A DNA stretch of 64,000 bases. Origin: Oikopleura dioica. Its lineage: Eukaryota > Animalia > Chordata. Shown here piece by piece: positions 11,208-23,921 of this stretch. The notes under the pieces are model-generated. The model was not told the origin of the DNA. It made no database searches and worked only from the letters and a program-made list of their open reading frames with translations. Each line of letters begins with the position of its first letter. Within the stretch, counting starts at the first letter, position 1. The translations under genes and the position numbers were made by a program. The stretch spans positions 14,767,208 to 14,831,207 of the forward strand of contig OU015568.1 in NCBI GenBank assembly GCA_907165135.1. Reading direction: 5' to 3'.

Positions 11208-13638
11208 TTACACTATAATTGTCACAGAAAAAGCCTTAGGAAGTAGATACCATTCGTTCTTTTTTTGATCAGTTTCATAGGAAAAAGTCGGTCTGTTTGT
11301 GGGGATCTGAATCGTTTCACTCCAGTTCTTGAGAACGTACTCATTGTTTTCGATACTGTCAAGAACCATTTGATGAAATCTGGTGGCGCCTGATTCTGGT
11401 GAAGATGCAGCAGTTACAGTTAGAGGTCGAGTAAATAGAAAAGATGAGTCAAAGACAACTGAAAAAAATTTGAATGGGTTTTTGTTATAATTAAAATTTA
11501 CCTCTTTCGAACGAAAATTTTGACTTTGGAAGTTTAAGACAGCTCCTGAGGATTTCCCACCCACTAGCATTCACGTACGTTGGATATTTGAGTCTTCTGA
11601 GAAATTTTTCTATTTCTCTTTCTTGACTGTCAGGGTGGAGATTGAATCGAGCCAAACTTCGGGGGTAAATAATCATCGTCAGAATGGAAAATACTTTGAA
11701 GAAGATGGAATCATCAGTTTTATATTCAAGGTCGTTTTTGAGAGCATCACAGATTAAGGTTGCGACGGAAATTGGCACACAAAGATGTCCATTAGGATGA
11801 TCAAGATGACTTCTGAAGATACTCTCTTTCATGACTGACATTTCTCGCAACTTTGTCAATTTCGGGTCATCGAAGTATGCTTCACCCGAGGTAGAAATAC
11901 AGGCGATTCCAGTAGCTTCCTGCAACTTTGCCTTGAACGGAAATGTTTTTGTATGATTGATAATACCGCAGCCTTTTCCCTCTTTGTCGAATTTTACCAA
12001 GTTACATTCCTAAATAAATCAGCAATCAATTCAGCACAGTATTTCAACCTCTAAAATCTCGTCGAGCAGAGCCTTCTCATCTTCGTCAATAGGATCAAAT
12101 AAAAGACTCCAGGCAGTTTTCCATTCACAAAAGATAAAACGGATGATGTTGTCGACCGAGTAACCTTGGTTGCCAATGATTTGCATCGAGTCGGAAAAGC
12201 CAGGAGTTCCAGAATCTAAAGAGGTTCATATGAAAACCCAGGACTTTCTGCTAAAATTGACTTACATAGTGATTGAGCCAGTCTAAACTTCGATCCTCGT
12301 CGTGCGTATCCCATTTTTCTATAACTCAATCGATTGGTTTTGTCGGATATGATTCCAAAATCGGCGATCTTGGCAACTTTTCCGATCAACAGAACATTTT
12401 CTAGTTTCAAGTCGTAGTGGGAAATCCCCACTGCGCCGAGATATTCGACAGCTCGTTTTATTCCGATCGCAATATTTTTTCTTTCTTCAAGATCTATCGT
12501 TCCCAATTCTCTTCTGTTCGAAGGCTACCGTCAGCTTTCTCCATGACAGTCAGCCATCCCAAACAGTCGGATAAATCAGTATCATCTGGGTCGTAAAACT
12601 CAATGTTCGCAAAGTGCTGGATTATGTTTTCGTGAAACGGAATGTATCTACTGTACTCTCTCCCTCTCGACATGAAAATGTCGGTCTTGATTTTTGTTGC
12701 TTGCTTGTAATCTCCTATAATAAAGAATTATCGAAGTATTTCTACCAAAATTCGGACAAAATCAATTCATGGAAGTGCATTTTTGGATTACCAATAAGAT
12801 TGCTGTATTTGGCCTACCGGCCAATCAAAACCCGGATCTTTAAAATCACTTCCATAAATTGGTTTAACCCTAAAATTCCTACCTGAAGAAAAGTTGAAGA
12901 CAAGCTTGACTTCGCCCAAAAAATGATCAGTGAAAAGCGCAGAGTCAAATGCCTGAATTCTCACAGCAAAAGGGCGTTGATTAAAGAATTTCTCGAAGAC
13001 GATTGCTTCCCCTCCTTCCTGGACACATTCAGAGCCCAGCAAAGTCAAGTCCCATTTTCCTTCTTCTTCCTTGATTTCATCTCGATATATTTCTTTGCCA
13101 AGCAAGTGAATGTGTTCTTGGAGTAATTTCTGCTGAAAAACTGTCGATTTCCATTTGTGTGGATTTTCTGGAAGAGGAATGCCATTTGCGAAGAGTTGAC
13201 AAGTATTTTCATCGTGGAAGATGAAACTGGTGAATTTTCTCGCTGTACTGTCTCTTTCAAACTCGTGTCTTTCCATGGATAGAATCAGACGGCACTTGGC
13301 AGTTCTCGTTGTTGTTCTCTTGAGCAGAGGAATTAGATCTTCGGCCCAATATCTGACATCATATCCAGGTAGTCCCGCAGGATAGTGATTTCTCAGCAGA
13401 GTTCTAAATTTGGTTAGCTAGCAGCTCAGCTATTTTTCAAGTAATTTACTTGAAGCTTTAAGCTCTCGTCAAATCTTCAAAATTTAGAACTCTGTCCCTC
13501 AGGGATTCACATTTTTTCTGGTCAACCCCGTTCATCAGTAAAAAGGCTGTAAAACTGCTGAAATTTCGACTTCAAAAAAGCTCAAATTTTCTTATTTGCT
13601 GATGCCAAATAGCGGTTTACTTCTGGCCTACTAGTCAT
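11208..13638 (-). pseudogene. Atypical protein kinase fused to a putative papain-like peptidase domain, paralogue A; apparent frameshift and premature stop
   Basis: Spliced exons give EGGEAIV, FAVRIQ, HENIIQHF, WLTVMEKADGSL, SHYDLKLENVLL, KIADFG, GTPGF, then HLCVPISV and RPLTVT..FHQMVLD..YVLKNWS. A 1-nt frameshift lies at ~12508, and an in-frame TAA at 13458-13460 in an inferred 5' exon. The start at 13638 is tentative. Confidence 0.8.
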
Positions 13639-16600
13639 GCTCCAATAATTTCGGTTCTAGTAAAATCTACCTATTTTGAATGGTCAAATCAAAAGGAAAA
13701 TTCTCCCAACTTTCAATTGAAAAATTCACCTTTTATTCTTTGAAAGATGGCAGCTTTTCTCTCTAAAGTAATATCGTGTCTTTGAAAGGATTTTTATATT
13801 TTGCACAGTAAGAATAGATCGTCGACTGTAGCTCGCCCTGTTTCCCGAGCAAAGTCCTGGTCCGGCGTTGGTTCTATTTAAAATCCACCAGACCAAGATT
13901 CTGCACTCAGGGTCGCAGAGACGAGCCATCAAAGAACCAGTTCTCCACAATCTGCGTTTCCCATTTTTTCCCTCAGAAGAGAGAGAGCGTGTGCCCAAAG
14001 AGAAAGAGCGTGCTCGTTTTATTTTTCCTTTTTCGCTGTCAGTGTCACGTGAAAGTAGAAAATCGTCGCCGCGGGGCAAGCTTGACGCCGCCTCGGGTGC
14101 AAAATACACAGAATAGGGCATTGGAATCTATTATTTATTTTGTCGGCGAAATAGCCTTAGCTTGATCTTTCCAATTTGGAAGAAAAAGCTTCAATATAAA
14201 TTCAATTAAAAACTATACAAAGTAATTATTTCGATAGTTATTTTCTCTATTCTCTATTTTTACAAAAGATTGCGATTGAAAAGTGAAGAATAAAGAACGG
14301 TGAAGTGTGTGGCTAGCTAGTGCGAGGGGACTTTATTGAGCTGAGTGCGAGATTTGCCCGGCGGAGGCGAATCTGGAGGTGGCGACCGGTTTACCAGAGC
14401 AGCTGAAAACCTGCTAAATGGCAGGGACACACGCTTACCCGCTTATTTGCGGTCTTAGTACAGTAACTACAGCTGCTTTAGTAATTCTAGCATGTTACTT
14501 CTTTTTTGGTTGATTATTTTGTAAAATAAAATTGTAAAATAGTATTAATATTATTACTATTTTTAATACGGGTGTCACTAAGTAATCTAAAATAACAATG
14601 GTCCGGCTATTATATCGTGAAAAAAATTTCTTTATTTAATTATCTATATTTTTTTTGAAAGAAATTTTCTCTTTTTTTTTGAAAAAAATAAGATTTGGCT
14701 CTGAAAAAAAGCCGGGTAACCAAAGCATAATTTGCCTTGTTATTTGCGCTGAGTTGAGCTTCTATGTACTTATGTTCTCACGTGACACTCGATAGTTCTT
14801 TTGTTCGCTTGTTAATTAGGTTTTGTGGTTTTTGAAATTTTCTACGAATCGCCTTTTGGGCAATTGGAAAACGCCCCCTGGGTAGTGAGAAAACGCGTGG
14901 GAAGAAAATAAGGGTGTGTTCACACATTTTACACATTTTAATCCTTTTTTACAAAAAAATTCGGAGCGATAAATTGAAGATTTGGATGACAGTTTTAGAA
15001 AATTTTGGGTTGTAAAAAGCGTCTCTGAAAAGCTCTGAATTTTGCGCGGCGGCAAGAAAAGGAAGAGGAAAAAATGAAGTGACTGGTGTGCCAAGACTGA
15101 GGCCCGGTGAGGTCAAGTGCGGCAGGGCGCACGTCCGAGCCGTCGCCTCTCAGCCGTCTTTACTTGCCAAATCTGATTTTGCACTGGACAAAAAAAACGC
15201 CAGTTTTTGGAAACTTTTCTCTTAGTCGCTCTTTCGCGGATTGAAGTGTTCTGACATTCTGATCTGAGGCTCCGAATTTCAAATTGGGTCTTCCCAAGTT
15301 GTCTAGAAACGATGATAAAATTTCAGTCTAGAATTTTTTCTAAAAAAAATAGAAAGTCTGGAAAGTTAAGTTTAAAACTTTGAAAATTCGAAAATTAAGC
15401 GCTTGATGAATTTAAAATCCTGAAGAAAGAAATCTAACCCTGTGAAAAAGGCTTTTTCTCAAGATTAGTCTTCCTTGATTTCAATAGAAGAGAAGTGGGA
15501 ACACTAAAGATTCCTGCATATTGACGTTAACAGAATCTGATTAGATACTTTCCCATCATTTTAATCCTTGTCACAAAGCTAAGGCTTTTTTTAACAAAGA
15601 AATAAACAGGTTACCCATTCCCGAATAGGGTCGATATTTTAGTAATGAAAACTTAAGACTGTAAAAAAACTTTGATCTTAATTCATTTCTGTCCATCAGA
15701 CCTCGTTTTAATTACGAATTAGCAAGAAAAAGGATCAAGTACTAAGCGCTAGAATTTTTACAACACAAACTAACACCGTAAATGATAGTTTCGCGCTAAA
15801 CGGTTAAACAACAGCAAACTTGACCAAGACGCTGGCGATGTTTGACAGGAGAATGAGCGATCAGAGCAAGATGAACGTTGATCTTTTCAAACATCAGCAT
15901 CTTTTATGAATAAAAATATGAGAAAGTCTCAAATAAATTTATTAATTGCTGAATTTCTCTTTTCGCTTGAAAATGAAGTCTAAAAAATTCATCCTTATTG
16001 ATGCTTTTAGAACCTAAGCCTTCCCGTAAAAGATATGGTGAAAGAATTTACGATCGAGAAGACTAGTTATAGCCAGGAATACTCTTTCCAAAACTATATT
16101 ATCTTTGAGTTAATTGCAGAAATAAATGGCACAATAAGTCAGATACATTCAAAAATTGAGCGGTAAATTTGACGCTTATAAAATTATTAAACGAGCGAAT
16201 GAAGCGAAAATTTATTGAACCAAGAGGTGGAATTTTTGATGAAGCAAGGCGAAATAAAATAATAAATAATAATACCAGTTTTATCATGTTTTTATTGCTG
16301 AACAACAGTGTAGCGGAGATACTGTTCTAGTGCATTGTGGGCTCGGCAACCTGAGTCAGGATATCTACACAGGATGACTGAACAATATCTGATAATGAAA
16401 TGATGATGAGGATATCTTTCTAAAAAAAGAGGATCCACTCATGCAAGTCAAACTCCTGTGTATAATTTTCAAATGTTTCTTACGACAGTCACGTCAAAAT
16501 TTCACGAAAGCCCTCGCATGCGCTGCCTCCACGCTGTCTTCTCGTTCTGTCATCCATCAACTTGTCAAATGTCAAGACCGAAGTGGGCATGTTTCTTTTT

Positions 16601-16712
16601 GCGGAAGTTCGATGTTTTTGCTCGAACTTGGTTCTTCTCAGCATCGTTTCTAGAACTTTGGTTGATTTGATGATTCGTGGTTCTTTGATTTAAGTCTTTA
16701 ATGAAAACAGAT

Positions 16713-18294
16713 ATGACAACTCAGGAGAATGAAATAAAACAGAAGAGTCCAATGGACTATGGAATGTACCCGCTGTTTGATTGTGGCATTGAGACTCCTG
16801 TCAGAATCAACAAAGAATACATCACAGACCGCGGACACTACGGCTTTTGTGAAAGATGCGAACGGTAAGTTAAATGGTCTTGTGAAATTTTCATTAAGGG
16901 GGTAGAAACAGCTTTTTCCCGAAAATGGCGATTTTTGACCGGCGCTACAGACAAGAGAATCTTACATTTTCAAATTTTCTCTCCAGATTAAGATAGATAC
17001 ATCTTAGATCTAGGAACATCTCCCTCGAAATTTGTTTTAGTTATCAATTTTTTGAGTAGACGGGCTCAGAAGCAACTCATCTCTCCGAAATTCTCGATTT
17101 TCGCCACTTTTCAAACACGAATATCTCGATTCACCTAATAGTTAAATAAATTTCATTCAAAGTTTTGTAAACCTCTACCCCTTTTCTAAGAACATTTATG
17201 AGGAATTTTCGTTAACATAAATAAATCTTATGTTTTCTTTTATGTAGCTACAGTCCAAAATCGAGAAAGCTGTTTCTACCCCCTTAAGTCAACTATCATT
17301 CTAGTGGGGTTTTAGAAACAACTGATCAACAAGCCATTGACGAATCGGAAGATAGTTCTTTTGAAGAATCGGAAATTGAAAGAATCTGTCGGCATTGCTG
17401 TTCTAACAAGTTTCGCTACCTCTATGACGACGATGAATTTAAATACACACCTTCCGATGCGAAATTTCGATGCCCTGCTTTTAAAAGTGGAAAGGGATGC
17501 AACGCCAAAGATTTGAATTACCAGCAGTTCGTGGTGGGCCTTTGCTGCGACGCTGGAATTGAGTGGACTGCCGAACCAGAAGGTAAAAATACAGGAAGAC
17601 GTGAAAATATATTTTTTAAATTTAGAGCAGAGATACAAGCTTGCCTATCTTCAGCAATGCTTTGAGAAGTCGGAGATTGAGCTCATTCAAGCTGAGAAAA
17701 ATTACTATGGAATGTTCAAAGAGCGAACAGAAAAAGGAGGTAAACTTTATTTGGCAAAGAAAAAGGCAGAAGAGGCGGAAAAAGCGATCGAAACCGCAAA
17801 AGAAAACGCGAAAAAAGCTCAAAATGAAATCAAAAGATGGAAAAAGCGGCCAAAAAAGCTTAAGAAGAATTGAAAAAGGCTCAGGATGAGGAAGATACGA
17901 GCATGGCGAAATTCAAGATCATCTGGGGAAAAGTAGAAGAACAGGAAAAAATTCACAGCCGTACGAGAAAACGATTCAGCTTCTGCAGCTACAAATATTC
18001 GGAAAGATGTCAGTGGGAACCTCCTCGAAAATTCAGAAAAACTCGTGAGCCTTAAAATGCTTACACCTTATTTTCCCTAACAAATATTTTATAGACAGCA
18101 TGAAAAATTTCTGCTCACTTTGCCCACTTCCGTATTACAACGCCGATGGCCACCAAAAAGCGCTTCTTCCATGCGGACATAGCTTTGGCTACACATGCAT
18201 CCAAACAAGACGAACCTGCCCGAAAAATGGTTGCAACAGGCGATTCACTTATAAACAAATCTATGTAGAGGCGGAATCTGACTCCGACGAGTAA
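16713..18294 (+). pseudogene. Cys-rich N-terminus + coiled coil + C-terminal RFWD3-type RING finger gene; disrupted reading frame
   Basis: Exons ~16713-16864, 17305-17582, 17626-18044, 18095-18294. The last exon reads CSLCPLPYYNADGHQKALLPCGHSFGYTCIQTRRTCPKNGC, resembling the RFWD3 RING (C..C..H..L.CGH.FG..CI..C..C). A frameshift at ~17832-17835 and a TAA at 17861-17863 precede the frame that splices correctly into the RING exon. Confidence 0.7.
16898..17283. mobile_element. 386-bp MITE with TTAA TSD and GG termini (Kolobok-like), in intron 1 of the RING gene
   Basis: TTAA|GGGGGTAGAAACAGCTTT ... AAAGCTGTTTCTACCCCC|TTAA. Confidence 0.85.
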
Positions 18295-18821
18295 TTCTTT
18301 GAATTTTATTTTATACACTGCACAACTGTTATAATTCCAATAAAAATACTGTATTTAGCAATTCAAGAGCTTGTTTCGATCGTTTATAAAAGCGTTTCTG
18401 TTCACATATCAACAATTTGGTAGAACCTTAATAGTCTTTAATACGATTATGTCCGCGATAATTGAGAGTCCGGAGTCCGGACTATTTTGACCCATTACAT
18501 CTAAATAGTTTATCAAAAATTGGGTTTCTATTCGCGCGAAAACACAAAACAAACCTCAAAAATGACCTCTTTTACTTGGTAATATTACTCCACATCTTAG
18601 AATCTACCATAATAACTGGCGAAGTCGGTCAATGCCTTGATTTAACCAAAAACACTCGTTGATAATTGACAACAAATTCGATTTTAAGGATCTGCGAAAT
18701 AGAAAAATTCAAGAAAGACGAGTAGAAAGACATCTTTATTTGCAGGAACTTAAAAAAAAAATCTAAAAAAGAAGGAACAAATAAATATGAAATGAAAGGT
18801 TTCTACGCTACGAAATTGAGT

Positions 18822-21777
18822 TTATACGGAATCAAAGAGGTCAGCCATCATGGTGCTTATCGGCAATGGAAACATGTTGTTGAAGAGCATTCGATCCATT
18901 GACTCTTTGTTTACTAAAAATATTCAATGAAAAAGGAGGAAGCAAAACATTCATCAAGCCAGTTACTCAATAATGGTAAGATGGTGCTTTCTGTTCAAAA
19001 TTAGACAGTGCTGACAATCGAATTATTAACTAATATTCTTCAATAAGTCCTCCAGAAAAACAAATGATCCTGCTCCTTTGCTTTGGGCAAACTCAAAGTT
19101 ATCCAAGGAACAAATTTTGGGCAAAACAAATTATGCATGTTTCAATTTAGTATTTTGTTCAACAAGTAGCATACAGGAATAATCAACAATTACACTCGAA
19201 TAACGGATTACTATCACTTCTAATTCAAATGAAAAATTACGTAATTGCTAAGCCAATTACAGTATTAATGGCACTTACCGTCTCGTAATCGAGAGACCAG
19301 GGAATCAGTTGTTACGTCATGAATTCCAGAGCTGTTGAAAAAGTCCGACATGGCTGAAAAGAAACGATGATAAAATGGGATTAGCGAAATCTTCATTTAG
19401 AACGAAATTATTAGAGTCTCTCAGAGAAGTTCCAGAAAATGATAATACCGAAATAGAATTGACGCAAATTAGGCGCGAAAACAATGGGTTCTTACCGTAG
19501 AGAACCAAGAGCCCGCGGGTGGTGATTTTCTCAGTCAAATTAAGCGATTGAACTTCTTCGACCAAGTCCCAAAAGGAAAGTCTGAAAATAGCATTAGAAA
19601 ATGTGGCTAGTTGAAAATGACTTACGATTGCTGCTCGGAAGTAAGTCGAATCTGCGCTTTGATCATCGGAGTCAACCATTCAACCATTTCAAGCATCATA
19701 AACGAGGCCCAGAAATCTTCTAGCATCGCGATCTTAATTTTGATAGAAATAAGGGTGTCAGTCCTTTAACAGCAGGAAGAATTCGATGATCTGGTATTCA
19801 TCACTTCTCTTACCTTATTTTCCTTAGGCACGGCCGACAAGTAGGGTTGATTCTTCACCCAGCGAATGCAATCAAAGAGCGATTTTGACGAAAATTCAGC
19901 AAGCAGCATCCGAAAAGTATGAAGCCCGGCTCTGAGTTGAGCCGCTTGCGGACTCATCTCTGCCGAAGTCGAGTTGTCTTCGTCCTCGCTTTCTTGGGAA
20001 TTGCCCATGTCGACTACCTAGCAAAAAGACAAAATTATGAAACTCTTATTCGTTTTCGAGTAATTACCTCTACATCGTGGTTTGTCGAGGATGTAACAAG
20101 TTCCTCCTCGTTTCCACTTTCCGAGGAAGTGTCCTGGACCTGGCTCGCGGTAGACGAGTTGATATTGCTCGGCAATTCGGGAAGAGTTCTCGGTGGCATC
20201 GCGCTCGGTATAGCTTGAACTGGATTCTGGATTGAAAAAAGCGAGTTACTTGATATATGAATGTTTTTAGTCGTTATTCAGCCGTGAAGCAACTAGCTTT
20301 TACGTGCTTACTAAACGGTTGATTCGAACTTCTAAGGTAGCAAAAATTAATGATGAAAAAAGTAAGTTTTCAATAAAAAAAGATAAGTTATTATTTCGAA
20401 GCGCACATGTTTTATCAAGATTGAATCCTTATTGGAAATCAGCAATAAATAAACAATTTGCGCCGATATACAATCAGTAACTTTCTTTCTCTGATAAACG
20501 ATAAACTAATAACACTTCTTTATCATTATGATTTATCAAGCGTAAAATAAGAATTTCCATTTTTATGGACAAAAACCGAATTGGTATATATTGCAGAATC
20601 CGATCCTGTTTGCGTAGGGGGCAATCTCGTCCGCGCCTGCCCAGGAAACGAAAAGGGCAATCCGACATTACCAAAGCCAAGATTGAGTCCTAGACTCCCA
20701 TGGGGAGACTGGCCAGCGATACTTCCTTGCTGCATCAATCCGGGAAACGAGTGACCGGTTTTGGCCTGCATCGAAGCCAAGTGCTTGCGAATCGTGGACG
20801 TTCGAGGACCACGTTCGTTCTGGACAGCGTCGCGATTCATCCGCACCTGAGTGAGTTAGTCAGTTTGAAAGAGTGACACTATCAGCACTTAAAAAGGCCT
20901 TGTCCCGACATTAGACCGAGTGCTGCTAAAGTCGGGACGTCTTCGGTATTAGCCGTGCGATATGACGAATTATCAACGTCGTATCTTATAAGCTTCTTGA
21001 TCTTTTTCCCGAAACTCAAAATAAAAAAAATAATCAATGAAACTAATTCTTGATTCCGAATTTTCAGATTCATTGTCAACTAGACTCCAACGCAGTTATT
21101 AAGTTGAGAATTGTCAATTTTTCTGCTCTAAAATGTGGTCAATCCAGGAAAATAATTCAGTTAGTCAAATTCCTGACTGTACTGAATTATTTTGCCGGAA
21201 TATGCCCCTTGTTTTCGGCTCGAAATCCTGAGTCAGGGTCCTGAAAGAGACCGTCAATTGACTGAGCCGATCTTTCTGGACCCTGACTCAGGTTTTCTAC
21301 ACAGGGTCCAGCCCTGAGTTCGATTGAAAAGTTCGAGACTTGAACTTGAGAATTCTAGTAGTTCGAGTTCTTGTTTTACTATTTTTCGACTAACCCTCTT
21401 TCTTTCCCGGCTAGATAATCCCAAGCACACATCTAAAATTGCTATTATTATATTAGTTTTACCTTCAAACAGCGTTCTAATCTGCAGGCGCGGCACTGGT
21501 TCCTGTGCGCCTTATCGATTGGACATTGTCCTTGGATTACGCCCTTGCAAATGTAGCTTCGGCACTTCCTGATGGATCTCTAAAGGATCAGATTTCGCGT
21601 TTTTTGATTTATGCGTTCTGGACAAACCTTGAAGAATCCGCTACATCCATCACAAGCATACACACCGTAGTGCTTGCCGGAGCTGTTGTCACCACAAACG
21701 CGACAAGGAACCTCTAATATTCGTCCTGAAATAGCAAAATTAATGTTCCCGCCACTGTCTAAACTTCCCCTTGACAA
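18822..21777 (-). CDS. NR2E1: Nuclear receptor tailless / TLX (NR2E1 orthologue), many small exons; 5' end uncertain
   Basis: DBD exons 21725-21628 ([32 protein letters not shown]) and 21579-21463 ([33 protein letters not shown]). The exon from 20846 reads [21 protein letters not shown], close to [25 protein letters not shown] pieces: [28 protein letters not shown], and a terminal [22 protein letters not shown] ending at TAA 18822-18824. Confidence 0.93.
21220..21314. mobile_element. Short inverted-repeat element of the CCTGAGTCAGG-terminal family (tailless intron)
   Basis: CCTGAGTCAGGGTC..GACCCTGACTCAGGTTTTCTACACAGG; same termini as the copies listed below. Confidence 0.7.
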
Positions 21778-23827
21778 GGGTCCAACAGAGTAGGCTCTTC
21801 CGACCTCATTTTAGAATCAAGTACTTTTCACGATAAATAGGGGTCAGAAACTTTCAGAGAAATAAGGGATATAAAAATATCCTATTCAATAGGGTTAGGC
21901 TTAGGGTTATGATTTGGGCACAAATCAAGAAAAGGAAGTGCATTTTTGGGCGACCAATAAGATTGCTGTATATGGCCTTCCGGCCAATTAAAACCCAGAT
22001 CGAGAAAATGCTTTCTTTTCTTGGTGGTAGTAGGGGGTTATCATTCGAGCTGCCCCTAACCTTTAACCTAACCCAGGGGGCTACGCCCCCCAGGACCTCC
22101 CACCTAAGGTCTTAACTAGGGGGCTTCGCCCCCCGAAACCCCCCTTGAAAGTTCCTAGTCCCTAACCCTAGCCACTAGCCCAGATTCTAAGATATTGTAT
22201 GGCTCGAATCATAGGCGCGAATGATAACCCCTCTCTACGTTCTTGGTTCTGCCCATGATTCGGAAGTCCCAACACTGTTTTTTTTTGCGAATGATAATAT
22301 CTCAAGATCAGAGAAACAATATCCGCTTGTAGATCGATTCTCACTCGCCTAAGGCGGTGCTCTTGAAGTCGCAAAGCGCGCGATTAACTCACCGGAGAGT
22401 GGATTACTTTACTCGAAAGGAAATTCACTTAAAAGGTTGAAGCGAAGTCTTAGCCTTCCGTGCAAATCACTAAGTCCAGATTTACATCTTATCCGCCAAA
22501 AGAGCACTACTACCTTTCAAACAGGTGCGCTGCTTGAAACAATCAAGCCAAGAGGCCACTGCTCTCAGCTACTGTATAAACGACAATTAGGGAGTTCTTC
22601 GTCAAAAGAAAATTCAATTGACACTGTTGTTAATTTTTGGCAAACATGCTTTCTTGCCGTACTAAGGGGCTGTTTTTGTGGGGCGCAGCAGGAGGAGCAG
22701 TTTCTTGTCAAGGAGGGCACTTGTAAAGTGAATGACAGCAGGAAACTGGCGTCACTGCTAGAGCCATACATTCAAGATCGACTGACGGTCGGGCGGATAG
22801 ACTGACTGGAATGTTTGGAACTAGAAAATCTAAGAACAATGTTCTGTCATTTCACATAGAGTAGAAATATGCAGTCTCTAATTTATCATCAGAAGTTTTT
22901 AATTAAAAACTTGAACATCGAATCTTAGCCTCGTAATAAAGATAGAATAAATATGATAACAATGAAATTACAAATCAAACGCTTTATTGCTTCATAAAAA
23001 ATAATTTGCGTCGAAAAAATATGGTGCCTTTCTACATTTTGCTTTTCTGAAGAAGATTTAACATATTTCTTTTGATTTAAAGTTGAGCTTGATTCATAAT
23101 TTCCGATTTTTAAATTGAAGAATATAGTATGATTGTAATCATTGTGGTCAATTATCGAGAAAAAAGAACGAATTTGATGCAAAACATCGTGAAATTGGGG
23201 TTTTTGGATAGATTCAATCGACATTTCAGATCTTTTCTTATGTCAGTTTACGACTTTTCTGTCTGTCAAAGACTTGAAACAGTAAAGCAGACAAATTAAA
23301 ATATGCACTTTACCTCCGATTTTTCGAGTGTCCATAACTTTCGACTTCTTGGTTTTCGTTGACTTTGACTTTTTAAAAGAAAAGTTTAAAGAAGAAGTGC
23401 CAAGTTGCTCTTGCGAAGTCGAAGTTACCCAAATCTAGTCATGGAAAGGAGAAAAGCGCCATCTGTGATGGAAAGTGGCGCCGCTAGTTTTCGAAAATTC
23501 TGGTATTGAGATTGTCCAAGATGGACCAGCATGGTGCCAGGAAGCGATTAACAATCGACCTGCCTCGCCATTCGCGTGGCCTCGTATTGGAAAAACTCGA
23601 TGGAAATCCGCCCGACATCAGGAAGTTAAGCCAGCTTAGAAAAAGGGGATGAAGAAGGCAAGAAGCAGATTTAACGGAAATGAGAGCTTGCTTCCGTTGT
23701 CAAAGCATCTTCTTTTCTACGGTAGGAATTCGCAAGGAACCGGGGTCAATTGAAGAAAATGAGATTTTTCTCGATTAGGGATTAGGGAATAGTGCTACTG
23801 AGGGGTCCCAGGAGGCGAAGCCTTAGC

Positions 23828-23850
23828 TTAGGGTTAGGGTTAGGGTTAGG
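23828..23850 (+). repeat. Short interstitial telomere-like (TTAGGG)n tract
   Basis: TTAGGGTTAGGGTTAGGGTTAGG; related degenerate tracts at ~21891, 22060, 54537, 55143 and 61221. Confidence 0.8.
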
Positions 23851-23921
23851 TGCTGGCCCGACCAATGAACTCCTAGTACTCAATTTTAAAGAAAAGAGTA
23901 GACGTTTTTACCTAATTTTAA

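Noticed and set aside
13726-14121. Overlapping 131-aa and 82-aa ORFs upstream of kinase A
   Set aside because: Low-complexity AG/CT-rich sequence with no motif; more likely promoter or UTR.
22437-22805. 122-aa ORF upstream of tailless
   Set aside because: Non-ATG start, no domain, no supporting splice structure.
23828-23850. Chromosome end or telomere fusion site
   Set aside because: Only ~4 units, embedded in a dispersed repeat.
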